In this document: positions 24,113-34,493 of the stretch, piece by piece | Position numbering within the stretch: the first letter of the stretch is position 1 | Layout: each line of letters opens with the position of its first letter | IMG/VR virus record: IMGVR_UViG_3300032116_014939 | Location: 1-64,000 of that record | DNA length: 64,000 nt | Direction: 5' to 3' (one strand) | Notes under the pieces: generated by a model | The model's database searches: none | What the model saw: the letters and a program-made list of their open reading frames with translations, nothing else | Told to the model about the DNA's origin: nothing | Translations under genes and position numbers: made by a program

Positions 24113-25806
24113 TCAAAGTCAATGTAAGGTAAGTCGTCCCCAATGTCAATTGAATTTGTTAAATGTTCCCAGTTAAGTTGTCCGTCTTTATCAAAAACAA
24201 AGTTATATTCTTTTCTTCCACCACCAGTAACAAACTCAGCAATAGGATTACCCCACACTCCGGTAGTGATTGTTTTTAATGTAACATCTAAATAAAAAAT
24301 TGCATCATCCCAAGTATCATCTAACACATTATTAAACCTTCCAAGTGTCTGAACTCGTTTAAAATTAATTGGTTGGTTAACATTCATACCAAACTTACCG
24401 ATTGACGGTCTATATTCAATTGACGCTCTCTCCCCGTCTTCCTTACGAAGTGATATAATTAATGATGAAGGTCTATCTTGATAAGTTCTAACACAATTAG
24501 ACTGATGTACTGACTCATTAACATATTCTTCACTACTTTGTAAAACAACAGGGGTAAATACCATACCATCTTTTGTTATAATTGGTCTTGAAACTCGTTC
24601 AACAAATTCATTGGAGTATTGTCTTGAATATTTTCCTCTGGTGTAAAAGTCAACTTTATCTGACCAAGTACTATGTTCAGCGTTAAATTCTTTCAAAGTT
24701 TTAGACATCCATTTAATCGGCTCGTTTCTTGATAGAACATCAAAAAATCTTACGTGGTCGTAAAAACTATGAGTAGATGCTAAATGGTCTGTTTTAGATA
24801 TTAAGTAAATCTGATAACAATTACTCATATCCCTTTTACTGAAATTTTCAAAGTAATGTCTTACAGGTTGAAATGGTGATTCGTCAATTTTAGTATTAAA
24901 AATAATACACAATTCTTCTTCAGGTCTTTGTAAAATAAAATCTCTCCCAAAGATATCCATCAACATTTTAATACTTTTGAAACAAGGGTTTTGGACTTTG
25001 TGTAACACTTTTTTGATTTTCTCTGAACTTACATTGTGTAATTTCATGTAAGTATCAACCATCTTAAACCCGTTTTTCTGATAATCTTTTTTAGTTGGTT
25101 TTGGATATACCTTGTAATACCCTCTCCAATTGTCAGGTTTCTTAACACCTTGTTTGTCCAACAAACATCCAAATAAAGACATCGGTAACTCAGTGTAGTT
25201 TAAAACTTTTTCAGCTCCGATTTTAGATAAAAATAGATTAATACCTTCAATAATTTCCAAATTATATTTTTGGGTATCATCTAACCCATTCATAAATGAA
25301 TGATAAGCATCCGTAGTTAACGATATCGGGAATGAGTTTCGTCTAAGAACACTACCCTTACCCTTACCTCTTTTTTTATGGTATTCAGTGTTTTTACCAA
25401 CCGTAAAAATATTGGTTTTCTTATTAAATGTAATGTAGTTTAATTTGGTACTTTTACGAAAAAATACTTCTCCAGCCTTTCTATGTTTCCCACAATAGAA
25501 TACTTTTAAGCAAATCTTATCCTCATTCTCCTCAACAACAAAAGTACTTCTTTGTACAGTTACCTCACAAAGAGGATTACCATAGTTTTTTTCAAACTCT
25601 TCTTTACTACCATTTACAGATTTATCAAACGTATAAAACAAATGTTTACCATCAAAATGGTCTCTAGGATTTGACTTACGTAATGTAAATAATGGCTCGT
25701 CATCCTCATTAAAATCGGAATTATTCTCCCCCACCGAATTGTAGGGGAGATAGTGACCGACATAATATTTTTCGTTGATGAGTGTGAATAGGTTGTCCAT
25801 TAGCAA
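24106..25806 (-). CDS. PcfJ-like domain protein
   Basis: E...ESVHQSNCVRTY...IISLR...RASIE pattern. Confidence 0.7.
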   Translation of the reverse strand: MLMDNLFTLINEKYYVGHYLPYNSVGENNSDFNEDDEPLFTLRKSNPRDHFDGKHLFYTFDKSVNGSKEEFEKNYGNPLCEVTVQRSTFVVEENEDKICLKVFYCGKHRKAGEVFFRKSTKLNYITFNKKTNIFTVGKNTEYHKKRGKGKGSVLRRNSFPISLTTDAYHSFMNGLDDTQKYNLEIIEGINLFLSKIGAEKVLNYTELPMSLFGCLLDKQGVKKPDNWRGYYKVYPKPTKKDYQKNGFKMVDTYMKLHNVSSEKIKKVLHKVQNPCFKSIKMLMDIFGRDFILQRPEEELCIIFNTKIDESPFQPVRHYFENFSKRDMSNCYQIYLISKTDHLASTHSFYDHVRFFDVLSRNEPIKWMSKTLKEFNAEHSTWSDKVDFYTRGKYSRQYSNEFVERVSRPIITKDGMVFTPVVLQSSEEYVNESVHQSNCVRTYQDRPSSLIISLRKEDGERASIEYRPSIGKFGMNVNQPINFKRVQTLGRFNNVLDDTWDDAIFYLDVTLKTITTGVWGNPIAEFVTGGGRKEYNFVFDKDGQLNWEHLTNSIDIGDDLPYIDFEW

Positions 25807-26546
25807 AATGTTTCAGCTAGTTCCCAAAGTTTTGTGTTAATCATGTTATCCATATTCAAGGATTGGATACCCTTTACTGAACGAGTGTTACGTCCTTGTT
25901 GTTTGATGAACCCTCCACGGATTAACTTCTCTTGTACCACGTTGAAGGTAGTCCAAAGGTTGTCATCACTATCACCATCACGAAGTGGGTCAATGATTGT
26001 TTCTAAAGTTAGAGTTGAAATATCCTCGGTGTTCTTCCAACGGATACCAACTGCCTTAGATACGAAGTCAATCTTTCTTTCAGTATCCATAGTCACTTCC
26101 ATCATACGGGTTACTGACTTTTGGATTTTTGGAGTATTCAATACAAACTGCTCAGTAATCAATTCAACATCACTCATACTCAAGTTCAAGTGAGTTTGTT
26201 TCATGTCCCCAAAGGTTGATACAGGAACAGTCAAACCGTTACTACATACAAGTCGGAATAAACCTGCCCCTACTTGGAGAGTTGAAGTTCCGTTGTGTGA
26301 GTTGGTGATTACCGCCTCTAATAACGAGTCACCTACTTGTGGAAGTTCTGCGTTACGAAGACGAACTTGGTGTTTACCAAATGAGCTCTTACCCACTTGT
26401 TTTGCTCCGCTCACTTGCCATCCGTTTTGGATGAACTTGTCAACTACATCAATGGTAGGAACCATAGTGTAACGGTCAGACAATTTTGAAAGTTTTTCAG
26501 TTTGGAATAACGCTGGTACTGTTGTTTTTAAATCTTGTAGGTTCAT
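25800..26546 (-). CDS. DUF932/DUF945-family protein
   Basis: LSDRY..VPT, NSHNG.S, GLFRLVCSNG and LWTTFNVVQE motifs. Confidence 0.88.
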   Translation of the reverse strand: MNLQDLKTTVPALFQTEKLSKLSDRYTMVPTIDVVDKFIQNGWQVSGAKQVGKSSFGKHQVRLRNAELPQVGDSLLEAVITNSHNGTSTLQVGAGLFRLVCSNGLTVPVSTFGDMKQTHLNLSMSDVELITEQFVLNTPKIQKSVTRMMEVTMDTERKIDFVSKAVGIRWKNTEDISTLTLETIIDPLRDGDSDDNLWTTFNVVQEKLIRGGFIKQQGRNTRSVKGIQSLNMDNMINTKLWELAETFC

Positions 26547-26624
26547 AGTGTTTATTGTTTTATTTCTACAAATATAGTAAACTTTTTTAGATGTGCAGCA
26601 TATTTATTTAGAAAATAACAAACT

Positions 26625-27239
26625 ATGAAAAAACTATTAGATATTTCTTCTGAAGAAAGAAACAGAATACTTGAAATGCACCAAGAAGCTACAAGAAAAA
26701 ATTATTTGACTGAAGCACCATTAGAAACACCACTTGGTAGTGCTAGAATTGCTAATCCACAATTACCTATAAATTCAGCACCAATGTTTTATATTACAAG
26801 TTTATTTGCGCCTAACGAACTTATTAAGTCAACATTGTATTTGTATAACCCTAATACTCCAACACTAAGACAAAGTTCAGGAGAAGCTAAAATTTTAAGT
26901 AGAGCAGTAACTGTGACCGAGTATGGTAAAAAATTAGGGATTGACCAAAGTAAAGTTAAAGTAACAATACCAACTGGTAGTATATATTATGGAGTCCAAC
27001 CAGGTACTAAACTTGGCGAAGTTGTTACACAAAAAATAGGTGATTATATAGTAGCACCTGTCACAGTATCATTCCCAGCACCTCAAACACCATTTAAAAG
27101 TACACCAGAAACCGCTAAACAACCGGTTATGACAGTTACTTTTGAAACTAATGATAAAAATAAACCTACTCAATCTATAAATGTTTATTTTGCAGATAAA
27201 GCAGGTGTTGCGGTAGGAGCAGAAACAACACCTCGATAA
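26625..27239 (+). CDS. Hypothetical protein with ISSEERNRILEMH N-terminal motif
   Basis: 204-aa ORF; TATTTAT at 26601-26607. Confidence 0.75.
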   Translation: MKKLLDISSEERNRILEMHQEATRKNYLTEAPLETPLGSARIANPQLPINSAPMFYITSLFAPNELIKSTLYLYNPNTPTLRQSSGEAKILSRAVTVTEYGKKLGIDQSKVKVTIPTGSIYYGVQPGTKLGEVVTQKIGDYIVAPVTVSFPAPQTPFKSTPETAKQPVMTVTFETNDKNKPTQSINVYFADKAGVAVGAETTPR

Positions 27240-27257
27240 ATTTTAAAAAAATATAAC

Positions 27258-27290
27258 AAAAAAAAGGTCTTTTTAAAAGACCTTTTTTTT
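27258..27290. terminator. Bidirectional terminator between convergent genes
   Basis: A-tract, AGGTCTTTT/AAAAGACCT hairpin, T-tract. Confidence 0.75.
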
Positions 27291-27302
27291 GTTTATTAAT
27301 TT

Positions 27303-27737
27303 TTAATTAACAATTTTAAATTTTGTAAAGTTCCAAGCCATTGTTTTACCTGTAACCTCATTAAAGTATGTGTAAACAACGGTGTTTTTATTATTATCAA
27401 TTATCAACTTTACATTTGTGTTATCTTTAGTTCCTCCGTAAGTATCAATAATAACTACTTCAAAGACCCCATCATTCTCACTAAAAGATTTAATCTTCTT
27501 AGTACCTTTAGTTTCACGAATAACAAAATCAACAGTTTTATTAGTAGTGTCAATAACATAAGAAGTTTTAACTTCAAATGGGTCATTATCCCACAATGGA
27601 TTATCAATTACTTCAGTATAATCTACATTACCGTAGTGTGTAAACTCTTTAACTTCGGTTACATTAACCGTGATGGTTTGAGAAAATACAAGAAGACTTA
27701 CGACTGAAAACAAAAAACTCAAAATTAACTTTTTCAT
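27303..27737 (-). CDS. Secreted hypothetical protein
   Basis: MKKLILSFLF...FSQ signal peptide. Confidence 0.75.
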   Translation of the reverse strand: MKKLILSFLFSVVSLLVFSQTITVNVTEVKEFTHYGNVDYTEVIDNPLWDNDPFEVKTSYVIDTTNKTVDFVIRETKGTKKIKSFSENDGVFEVVIIDTYGGTKDNTNVKLIIDNNKNTVVYTYFNEVTGKTMAWNFTKFKIVN

Positions 27738-27826
27738 TGTGTTTAAGTATTAAAGGGTTAGTGACTAATTCTTTTACAAATATATATGTTTTTTTTAATT
27801 CCACAAACTTTTTTTTGATTTTTTTT

Positions 27827-28117
27827 TCAATTAAGAAAAATAATCCCATAGTTTGTTTTGATGACAGGTGTTTTAATCTCTATTGGATTAACCTTTTTGT
27901 TTGTTTCATCATACATACCAACAACAATATCAATAAGCTGTTGCTGAGTAAGGATAAGTTCCAAACCATTCTCAAGATTTTCGTAAACTTTTTCTTTAAC
28001 CCTTTCGTAAAAAGTATTTTTCTTAAGTTTCCCAATTAAGTCAATCAAGTCGTTGGGGTTCTTTTCGAAGAACCCTATCAACTGATTTAAGTAAATTTCC
28101 GCATCTACATTTTTCAT
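27827..28117 (-). CDS. Hypothetical protein
   Basis: 96-aa ORF; TATCTTTG box upstream. Confidence 0.7.
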   Translation of the reverse strand: MKNVDAEIYLNQLIGFFEKNPNDLIDLIGKLKKNTFYERVKEKVYENLENGLELILTQQQLIDIVVGMYDETNKKVNPIEIKTPVIKTNYGIIFLN

Positions 28118-28155
28118 AGGCAGTAAGATTAGGAAACAAAGATATAACTAATTTA

Positions 28156-29508
28156 TTAAACTACATAATAATAACCATCACCTTCCTCATGTAAAACATC
28201 TTTAAGTTCTTCAGGAAGTTTAACGTTACTTCCACTTACATTCAAGAAACCTAACATAGGTAAATCTTTAATACACGCTGGGATAGTCGTTAACTGAGGG
28301 TTGTTTGGTAAAGCAAGTAATAGTAAACTTGTCAAATTACAAATACTATCAGGAACAGATTTAACCATACCACCTAATAAAAGTGTTTGTAACTTATCAA
28401 ATCTTCCAATACTTTCAGGAACTTCAAGAGCAATTGTTTCTTTAATGTTCTTTGAAGTTTGGATGATTAATTGCTCCAAGTCATCTGGTAGGTTGTCAAA
28501 CAATTCTTTAAATCCATATAATCCAACAAACTTACCAGCCGAAGATTCAGGATAAACAATATCAACTCTCTTACCATTCTCTTTAGCCAATCCTTTAGCA
28601 AATTCAGGTTTGAAGAAATCTTTAAGTTCAGCCAACTTACCTTGTAACATTTCAACAATATTCACACTTCTATCGTGTCTATCCATGAATTGATTAGACT
28701 GGAAGTGCCACTGGTATCTTTCAACAGGAAGACCTGATTTCTTACCCACGTCAGAACTGTCATTAGGTAAAATAACATATAATGGCCCTTGTTTAATATA
28801 AGTGTTAAAATAATTCAAACCAGGTGATGAAGTACACCATCTTGTTTCACCCATATCAGGTTCGTGATAACCACCAAAGAAACAAGCCGCATTTTTACCA
28901 AGTTCAGTTTGGTCTTCAATTTTAACCACAGTCCAGTTCGGCCCTTTAAATGCAACAGTCGAACCAGGGTATTGGTAAGTTGATTTAGCCTGTTCTTTTT
29001 CTTGTTTAGTTCCTTTTGTTTTTTCTAACTTAAAGTCCTTAACTGCATCAAATAATGTATCAACTGTCAATTTATTAATATCTCTTTTGTCAGCGTCTAA
29101 TTGACCTTTGAATCTTTCAAACTTCTTTAAGTCGTCAGTAACCTTGTATAAATCCTCAAGATATAAATCACGATATCTTTTAACTAATTGTTTATATTCA
29201 GGTGAACCAACTTCAACATCCGCTCTTTCATCACTAAATGATGGTTTTAAGAAATTCTTTAATATCCAGTTAGTATACTTACCAACCTTAACAATTTCCA
29301 TTTGTTCAGGTGTTAAACTATTAATATTTTGAAGTAAACTTTGCGGAGCTCTTGTTGTAGGGTCAGCAAAGATAATAGTTCTCAATGTTTCAAAAGGGAT
29401 TTTACCTGGTTCAGGTTTTTTTCCACCTTTATCAACTAATTTATCATATAGAAGGTTAAATCTTGAATCTTCTAAAATAATGTTTGTTAAGATATTAGTA
29501 AATTTCAT
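28156..29508 (-). CDS. Protein with a WCTS-motif domain and C-terminal leucine-rich repeats
   Basis: TRWCTS...PLYVI; VPESIG...LQTLLL, VPDSICNLTSLLLL and IPACIKDL LRRs. Confidence 0.75.
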   Translation of the reverse strand: MKFTNILTNIILEDSRFNLLYDKLVDKGGKKPEPGKIPFETLRTIIFADPTTRAPQSLLQNINSLTPEQMEIVKVGKYTNWILKNFLKPSFSDERADVEVGSPEYKQLVKRYRDLYLEDLYKVTDDLKKFERFKGQLDADKRDINKLTVDTLFDAVKDFKLEKTKGTKQEKEQAKSTYQYPGSTVAFKGPNWTVVKIEDQTELGKNAACFFGGYHEPDMGETRWCTSSPGLNYFNTYIKQGPLYVILPNDSSDVGKKSGLPVERYQWHFQSNQFMDRHDRSVNIVEMLQGKLAELKDFFKPEFAKGLAKENGKRVDIVYPESSAGKFVGLYGFKELFDNLPDDLEQLIIQTSKNIKETIALEVPESIGRFDKLQTLLLGGMVKSVPDSICNLTSLLLLALPNNPQLTTIPACIKDLPMLGFLNVSGSNVKLPEELKDVLHEEGDGYYYVV

Positions 29509-29532
29509 TTCTAAAGTTTTTATATAAATATA

Positions 29533-30372
29533 TCAATAATTCATAATTAATAGTTCTTCACCCATATTTTGGGACTTTCCTTTCTTCGCAGCCGCCGCTT
29601 TAGCGAATTCTTTCTTTTCCCATTTATATTCCTCCTTTGGGAACCACTCATTCAATAACTGAAAATCGTAGTAAGATAAACTAAACTTACCCTGAATTCC
29701 TTTCAAACAATCTGCTAATCTTTCATGGTCTTCCCTATCAAAATCGTGGTTTGAGTAATAGTTCTCAGTCTTCCAATATGGTGGGTCAACATAAAAATAT
29801 GTTGTCGGACTATCAAACTCTTTAATCACGTCTTCAAAATCACCCAATCTAAACTCTGATATTTTATTGAAATGTTCTACCCACTCAGGTTTAGATAATT
29901 TATCTCTAAAGGTAAGATATTTTGACTTATACTTACCCTTCAAATCAATAAAACTTGAGGTCTCAGGTTTTGAACCACTGAAAACCTGTGTCAGAACATA
30001 GGCATATTTTGCTGCAACACCATAATCAGGATAGTTAATTGTTAAACCATGAGAGAAAATTTCCTTTTGAAACTCATTAAATTGTTCTTTGTAAACTGGT
30101 GGTGTCACTTCCACTCCTTGTTGTTGACACGGAATGTTATTAATCGCAGATAACAAAGTCTCAGGGTTCTGAAGACACATAAACAAATTATAGTTCAACG
30201 GATTGAAGTCGTTATAAACAACTCTTTTCAAATTAGGATATAATTTCAAATCCATATTGAAGAAACACCAAAACATACCACCAAACGTTTCAACATACGT
30301 TTCCATATCTGTTGGGTAGAATGGGACAATCCACTTACCTATCTTACTCTTACCACCAATATAACTTAACAT
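29533..30372 (-). CDS. dam: Dam-family DNA adenine methyltransferase
   Basis: YIGGKS, YVETFGG and YVDPPY motifs. Confidence 0.9.
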   Translation of the reverse strand: MLSYIGGKSKIGKWIVPFYPTDMETYVETFGGMFWCFFNMDLKLYPNLKRVVYNDFNPLNYNLFMCLQNPETLLSAINNIPCQQQGVEVTPPVYKEQFNEFQKEIFSHGLTINYPDYGVAAKYAYVLTQVFSGSKPETSSFIDLKGKYKSKYLTFRDKLSKPEWVEHFNKISEFRLGDFEDVIKEFDSPTTYFYVDPPYWKTENYYSNHDFDREDHERLADCLKGIQGKFSLSYYDFQLLNEWFPKEEYKWEKKEFAKAAAAKKGKSQNMGEELLIMNY

Positions 30373-30395
30373 ACTTTTTTTTCTAAAATATAGTT

Positions 30396-30533
30396 TTAAT
30401 CTTGGTATATATCAACCTTATTAACTCTCTTACGGGAATAAACCTTACCTGATGGTACAACTTTTGTAATCATATTTCGTCTCACAATTTGAGCGACGTG
30501 ACGAAGATTAAGTGGTAGTGTTTCCTGTTTCAT
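30396..30533 (-). CDS. 45-aa basic protein with an ArfA-like C-terminal motif
   Basis: MKQETLPLNLRHVAQIVRRNMITKVVPSGKVYSRKRVNKVDIYQD; TATCTTTG box at 30538-30545. Confidence 0.55.
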   Translation of the reverse strand: MKQETLPLNLRHVAQIVRRNMITKVVPSGKVYSRKRVNKVDIYQD

Positions 30534-30604
30534 AAGACAAAGATATATCAAAAAAAGTTTAAATTTTATTTTTTTATTCGGGATATTCTATTTATATTTG
30601 TATT

Positions 30605-30752
30605 CAAGTTAAACGAATGGGGTCAACTTAATAACCCAACCAAATCATTAAGTCGGAATTGAACCACGGTGTGTTCAAAGGCAAAAGCCTCAACCGTTAG
30701 GTGAAAAAGATAGAAACCCTCATTACATCGGATGTTTTGGGGGTTTTTATTT
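30605..30752 (+). ncRNA. Candidate small RNA with two pseudoknots
   Basis: TATATTTG box at 30593-30600, no ORF, terminator at 30714-30752. Confidence 0.45.
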
Positions 30753-31137
30753 ATACGTAAATTTGGAAATCGTTTTTACCAGTGGTGTAAAATCTTTTCT
30801 TACGGATGGTAGTGACAATATTGATTTGGAAATTATAACAATCTTGTTCTTCTAAATTAGTAACAACATTGAGGAATGGATAATCTTTTTGTGAAACTAC
30901 TATTGATGAATCTTGTCCTAACTCTCCCTCTTTAATACCATTTAATATTTCAGGTAATCCAAGATTTAATATGTTTAAGATTTCATCATTAGTAATTACT
31001 TCATCTTTACCATGTCTAAACCTTTGTGTATTACCATGTGCCGAGTTTTCAATAGACACTTTTACTTTAATGTCCCCAAAAAGCTTTCCAATCCTTTCTT
31101 CCTTTATTATGTTTTTAATACAATTTAAAAGTCTCAT
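30751..31137 (-). CDS. Hypothetical protein
   Basis: 128-aa ORF; TATTTAT at 31142-31148. Confidence 0.7.
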   Translation of the reverse strand: MRLLNCIKNIIKEERIGKLFGDIKVKVSIENSAHGNTQRFRHGKDEVITNDEILNILNLGLPEILNGIKEGELGQDSSIVVSQKDYPFLNVVTNLEEQDCYNFQINIVTTIRKKRFYTTGKNDFQIYV

Positions 31138-31148
31138 AATTATAAATA

Positions 31149-31319
31149 ATGGAAAACATGGAAAATTTAAAAAATTCAGAAGAAAAAACTTGTACTAAAT
31201 GTCAAAAAACAAGACAAAAAATGACACCATATATTATTATGTCTGTAGTTGTTTTAGGTTTAATAATTTATGCTGTAGTCGACATCACAAAAAACATTAT
31301 TGAATTACTTGCTAAGTAA
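31149..31319 (+). CDS. 56-aa CxxC plus TM protein, absent from the ORF track
   Basis: MENMENLKNSEEKTCTKCQK...YIIMSVVVLGLIIYAVV. Confidence 0.55.
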   Translation: MENMENLKNSEEKTCTKCQKTRQKMTPYIIMSVVVLGLIIYAVVDITKNIIELLAK

Positions 31320-33437
31320 TTCAATAATTTTTTCTTTTACCATATCCGATGTTATCTTTTTAGAACATTCAAACATCTTGTCATTTCCTTTATTTATAGG
31401 ACACCAATTCCAATCACCTGGGTCTAATCTAAATTTATTAGCACATCCTCTACAAGTATTTTCAGGTGCGCTTACTTTATAAACGTTTTCATAAGGTTCG
31501 TTAAACTCTTCCGTAAATCCTGATATCAATACCGTTGGGATATCCAAAGCCCATGTAACCCATGAAATACCACTTGATATTCCAATAAAGAATTCACAGG
31601 TGGATAGTTCTTCTATCAGTTTATAGATTGAGCCAGGAGGGTTTTGTTTAGCACCTTTAGGATAATAATTACCCATATACCCATCTTCCTCTTTTGAATA
31701 GATAATCACCTCATAACCAAGAGATATTAGATAATCAGTAATCTCTTGCCACCCATTTGGGTTGTTCCAGTATTTTGATTGGGCAGTTGAGTGAATACCA
31801 AGTCCAACTCGTTTTTTCTTTATCTTATTAGGATTTTTAATTAAAGGTTTTACCTCTTTATATTCTAATCCTAAAATATCTGTTGCAGTTTTTTGTAGTG
31901 GGCCTAATTTGAAATCACTTGGGTGTCTATCCGTTCTAACATTATCACCATCATAGAACCAACCTATCTCATACATTGCATATAGATTATGAACGGTACT
32001 TCCAGGTGAAACAAATTGTATCTCAGGATATTGTTTTACAAATAAATCATTAAAGAATGTTGAACAAATAACCTTACAATTGTGTTTCTTTCTGAATTCC
32101 TCAGCGTAAGGTACCCAAGCAAATGTATCACCCAAAGATTTTGAATCTAATGCAATATATACTCGTTTGTTTTCAGCGTTGTATTTCTTTTCACTGATTA
32201 AATTACCTTCAGAATAAATTTTTAAAGTATATTCATCAAAATACTTCTTACTTAATCTGACCCACATATTACAACCAATCTCCTCACGATATTCACAGTT
32301 ACCATCCTGATTCCAAAACTCAACCAAATATCGTTTATCACTATTACCTTTAATCTCTACCAACGCTCCGTTGATGTAATGATTAATTACTTCAATTTTT
32401 TCAACCATCTCTTTTGGTTTTATTTCAGTATTTTCAAATACTTTATCAAATCTTTGTTTTGTCTCAAGACTATTCAAATTTTTTCTACTGTTAATAAGGT
32501 CTTCGTAAATTCTAACCATCCTTCTGGTAATAACACTCCAATCGTATTTTTGTCTATCTAATTCAGTGTTATTTAAATATAAATCATAGTTGTCAATTAC
32601 TTGTTTAATACCACTAACTATTTGATTTACATCTCTTTCAACTACAACCATTCCTTCTATTGTTTGTGAACCCAAATAAGTACCAACAACTGGCATATTA
32701 CAAGACACAGCTTCTAATAATGTTAGGTTTGGGTGACCAGCTTCTAACATAGAAGGATGTAAGAATATTGAATGACTTTTATATAATTCTAATATCTGTT
32801 CTTCATTCGGATTTGAGAACATTAAAGTTAATTTATCGTAATTTAATAAGTCGTTATGATGTTCAAAAAATATTCTATTGTTTTCAGGGCCGGCAACAGT
32901 AATAGGTAAATCTAATTTGATTGCCGCTTCAATAGCATATCTAAATCCTTTTCTATCGTAGGTTGAATCACCTCCAATACCATTGTTCGCTAAACATAAT
33001 AATTTATGTTCAGTTCTTTTTGGGTTATCATTCTTAAAGAACTCTGTATTAACCCCGTGTGATAAATAAAACAATTTATCTGTTTCATCAAAGTAATCAA
33101 CTAAAAACTCAGCATGAGTAAAAGATACCACAGACCTTTTAATTGCCTCTAAATTTTGTTGGTAGTTAGATGAGTCCTTACCATAATAAACAACGTGGTG
33201 GTCATGTAACGAGAAGATATAAGGGATACCTCTGTTTGCAGCCTCAATAGCTAAGTTAGCCATATGAATATGAATAATATCACTACTATTAATATCCACT
33301 TCATTAAGATATTTTATATCACATTGGTGTCCTAATTCTTTAATGTTATTGTAATATTCCCATATTACTTTTTCAACTGCACCCCATCCATTCGGTGGTA
33401 TTGTAATTATTCCTGGTGTTACTTGTGTTATTCTCAT
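31305..33437 (-). CDS. GT4 glycosyltransferase fused to an Aah/TibC-like O-heptosyltransferase
   Basis: IPPNGWGAVE...LLEA GT-B half; SLGDTFAW, FIGISSGISW and CRGC...WCP...FECSKKI in the C-terminal half. Confidence 0.8.
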   Translation of the reverse strand: MRITQVTPGIITIPPNGWGAVEKVIWEYYNNIKELGHQCDIKYLNEVDINSSDIIHIHMANLAIEAANRGIPYIFSLHDHHVVYYGKDSSNYQQNLEAIKRSVVSFTHAEFLVDYFDETDKLFYLSHGVNTEFFKNDNPKRTEHKLLCLANNGIGGDSTYDRKGFRYAIEAAIKLDLPITVAGPENNRIFFEHHNDLLNYDKLTLMFSNPNEEQILELYKSHSIFLHPSMLEAGHPNLTLLEAVSCNMPVVGTYLGSQTIEGMVVVERDVNQIVSGIKQVIDNYDLYLNNTELDRQKYDWSVITRRMVRIYEDLINSRKNLNSLETKQRFDKVFENTEIKPKEMVEKIEVINHYINGALVEIKGNSDKRYLVEFWNQDGNCEYREEIGCNMWVRLSKKYFDEYTLKIYSEGNLISEKKYNAENKRVYIALDSKSLGDTFAWVPYAEEFRKKHNCKVICSTFFNDLFVKQYPEIQFVSPGSTVHNLYAMYEIGWFYDGDNVRTDRHPSDFKLGPLQKTATDILGLEYKEVKPLIKNPNKIKKKRVGLGIHSTAQSKYWNNPNGWQEITDYLISLGYEVIIYSKEEDGYMGNYYPKGAKQNPPGSIYKLIEELSTCEFFIGISSGISWVTWALDIPTVLISGFTEEFNEPYENVYKVSAPENTCRGCANKFRLDPGDWNWCPINKGNDKMFECSKKITSDMVKEKIIELLSK

Positions 33438-33455
33438 ATTACTATAATAATATTT

Positions 33456-34481
33456 TTAGTTATTAACATAAACAGGTATATTAAAATTTAAAGACAAATC
33501 TTCATATTCTTTTAATGTATTGTTATATATTTGATTATCATCAATAAAAATTCTAATTTCAACGTCGTCAGTATATAATTGATTATCATACGGGTCAATA
33601 ATATCAAATTTATACCAACCATTACTAAAAGTTTCAAAATATTTAAGAATAGTCCTACCTTTATTAAAATTTTGTAAAATTGCAATTTTAATTACAAATT
33701 TATTTTCAGACAATAATTCAACAAAAAAATCAGATATATTTTTTTTAATTTTTATTTCAAAATTTGTTAATTTTTCAGTTAAATTAAAATCAACTATTTC
33801 AGTTTCAAAATTTTTTAAGTATTCACCATAATGTATATCACCAAATGACTGACTCGAATCTCCCCATGAATTAAAAATTTCATCAGAATGATTAGTATGT
33901 CGTTTACTAATTTTTTTGTGGGTAAATAAATCTTTATTTATATAAATTTTTTTATCTACTATTTTGTATTTTCTATTAAAAATAGAATATGATATGTGTT
34001 TTAAATTTTCCGATTTTGACAAATAATAAATGTATTTGTCATAATTATAACCCCACCAAACAGCCTTTTTAAAATGAGATAACCTTATTGCAAAATCATC
34101 ATCTTCAAATTCAGCCCCAATAAATTTCTCATCTAGCATTCCAACCCTTCTAATTAATTCTTTCGAAAATCCAAAAAATCCAAAACTAACAACTGACACA
34201 AAACAATACCCATTTGAAAGTTTATCTATCATAAATTCAATATCTTTAGATGTGAAATTTGTTTTAGGATTACAAAAAATCATAAATTCACTGTCAGTAT
34301 CATCTATCGCATCATTAATCATTTGAGAAAATGAAACATACTTAGATAGATTCCTGTCTTTTCTATACCATCTTTCAATTTGAAATTTATCCGAAAGTTT
34401 TGTTAATTCACATTCTTGTCTTTCAATATCTGTATCATACTGTGACAAAAAACAAAAAGCAAAATTATTAATTACTATCAT
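33456..34481 (-). CDS. GT2-like glycosyltransferase
   Basis: VGMLDEKFIGAEFEDDDFAIR motif. Confidence 0.7.
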   Translation of the reverse strand: MIVINNFAFCFLSQYDTDIERQECELTKLSDKFQIERWYRKDRNLSKYVSFSQMINDAIDDTDSEFMIFCNPKTNFTSKDIEFMIDKLSNGYCFVSVVSFGFFGFSKELIRRVGMLDEKFIGAEFEDDDFAIRLSHFKKAVWWGYNYDKYIYYLSKSENLKHISYSIFNRKYKIVDKKIYINKDLFTHKKISKRHTNHSDEIFNSWGDSSQSFGDIHYGEYLKNFETEIVDFNLTEKLTNFEIKIKKNISDFFVELLSENKFVIKIAILQNFNKGRTILKYFETFSNGWYKFDIIDPYDNQLYTDDVEIRIFIDDNQIYNNTLKEYEDLSLNFNIPVYVNN

Positions 34482-34493
34482 AATATTTTTAAT

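Noticed and set aside
16899-30372. Complete restriction-modification system
   Set aside because: The two methyltransferases are far apart with no adjacent recognisable endonuclease; orphan protective methylases are more likely.
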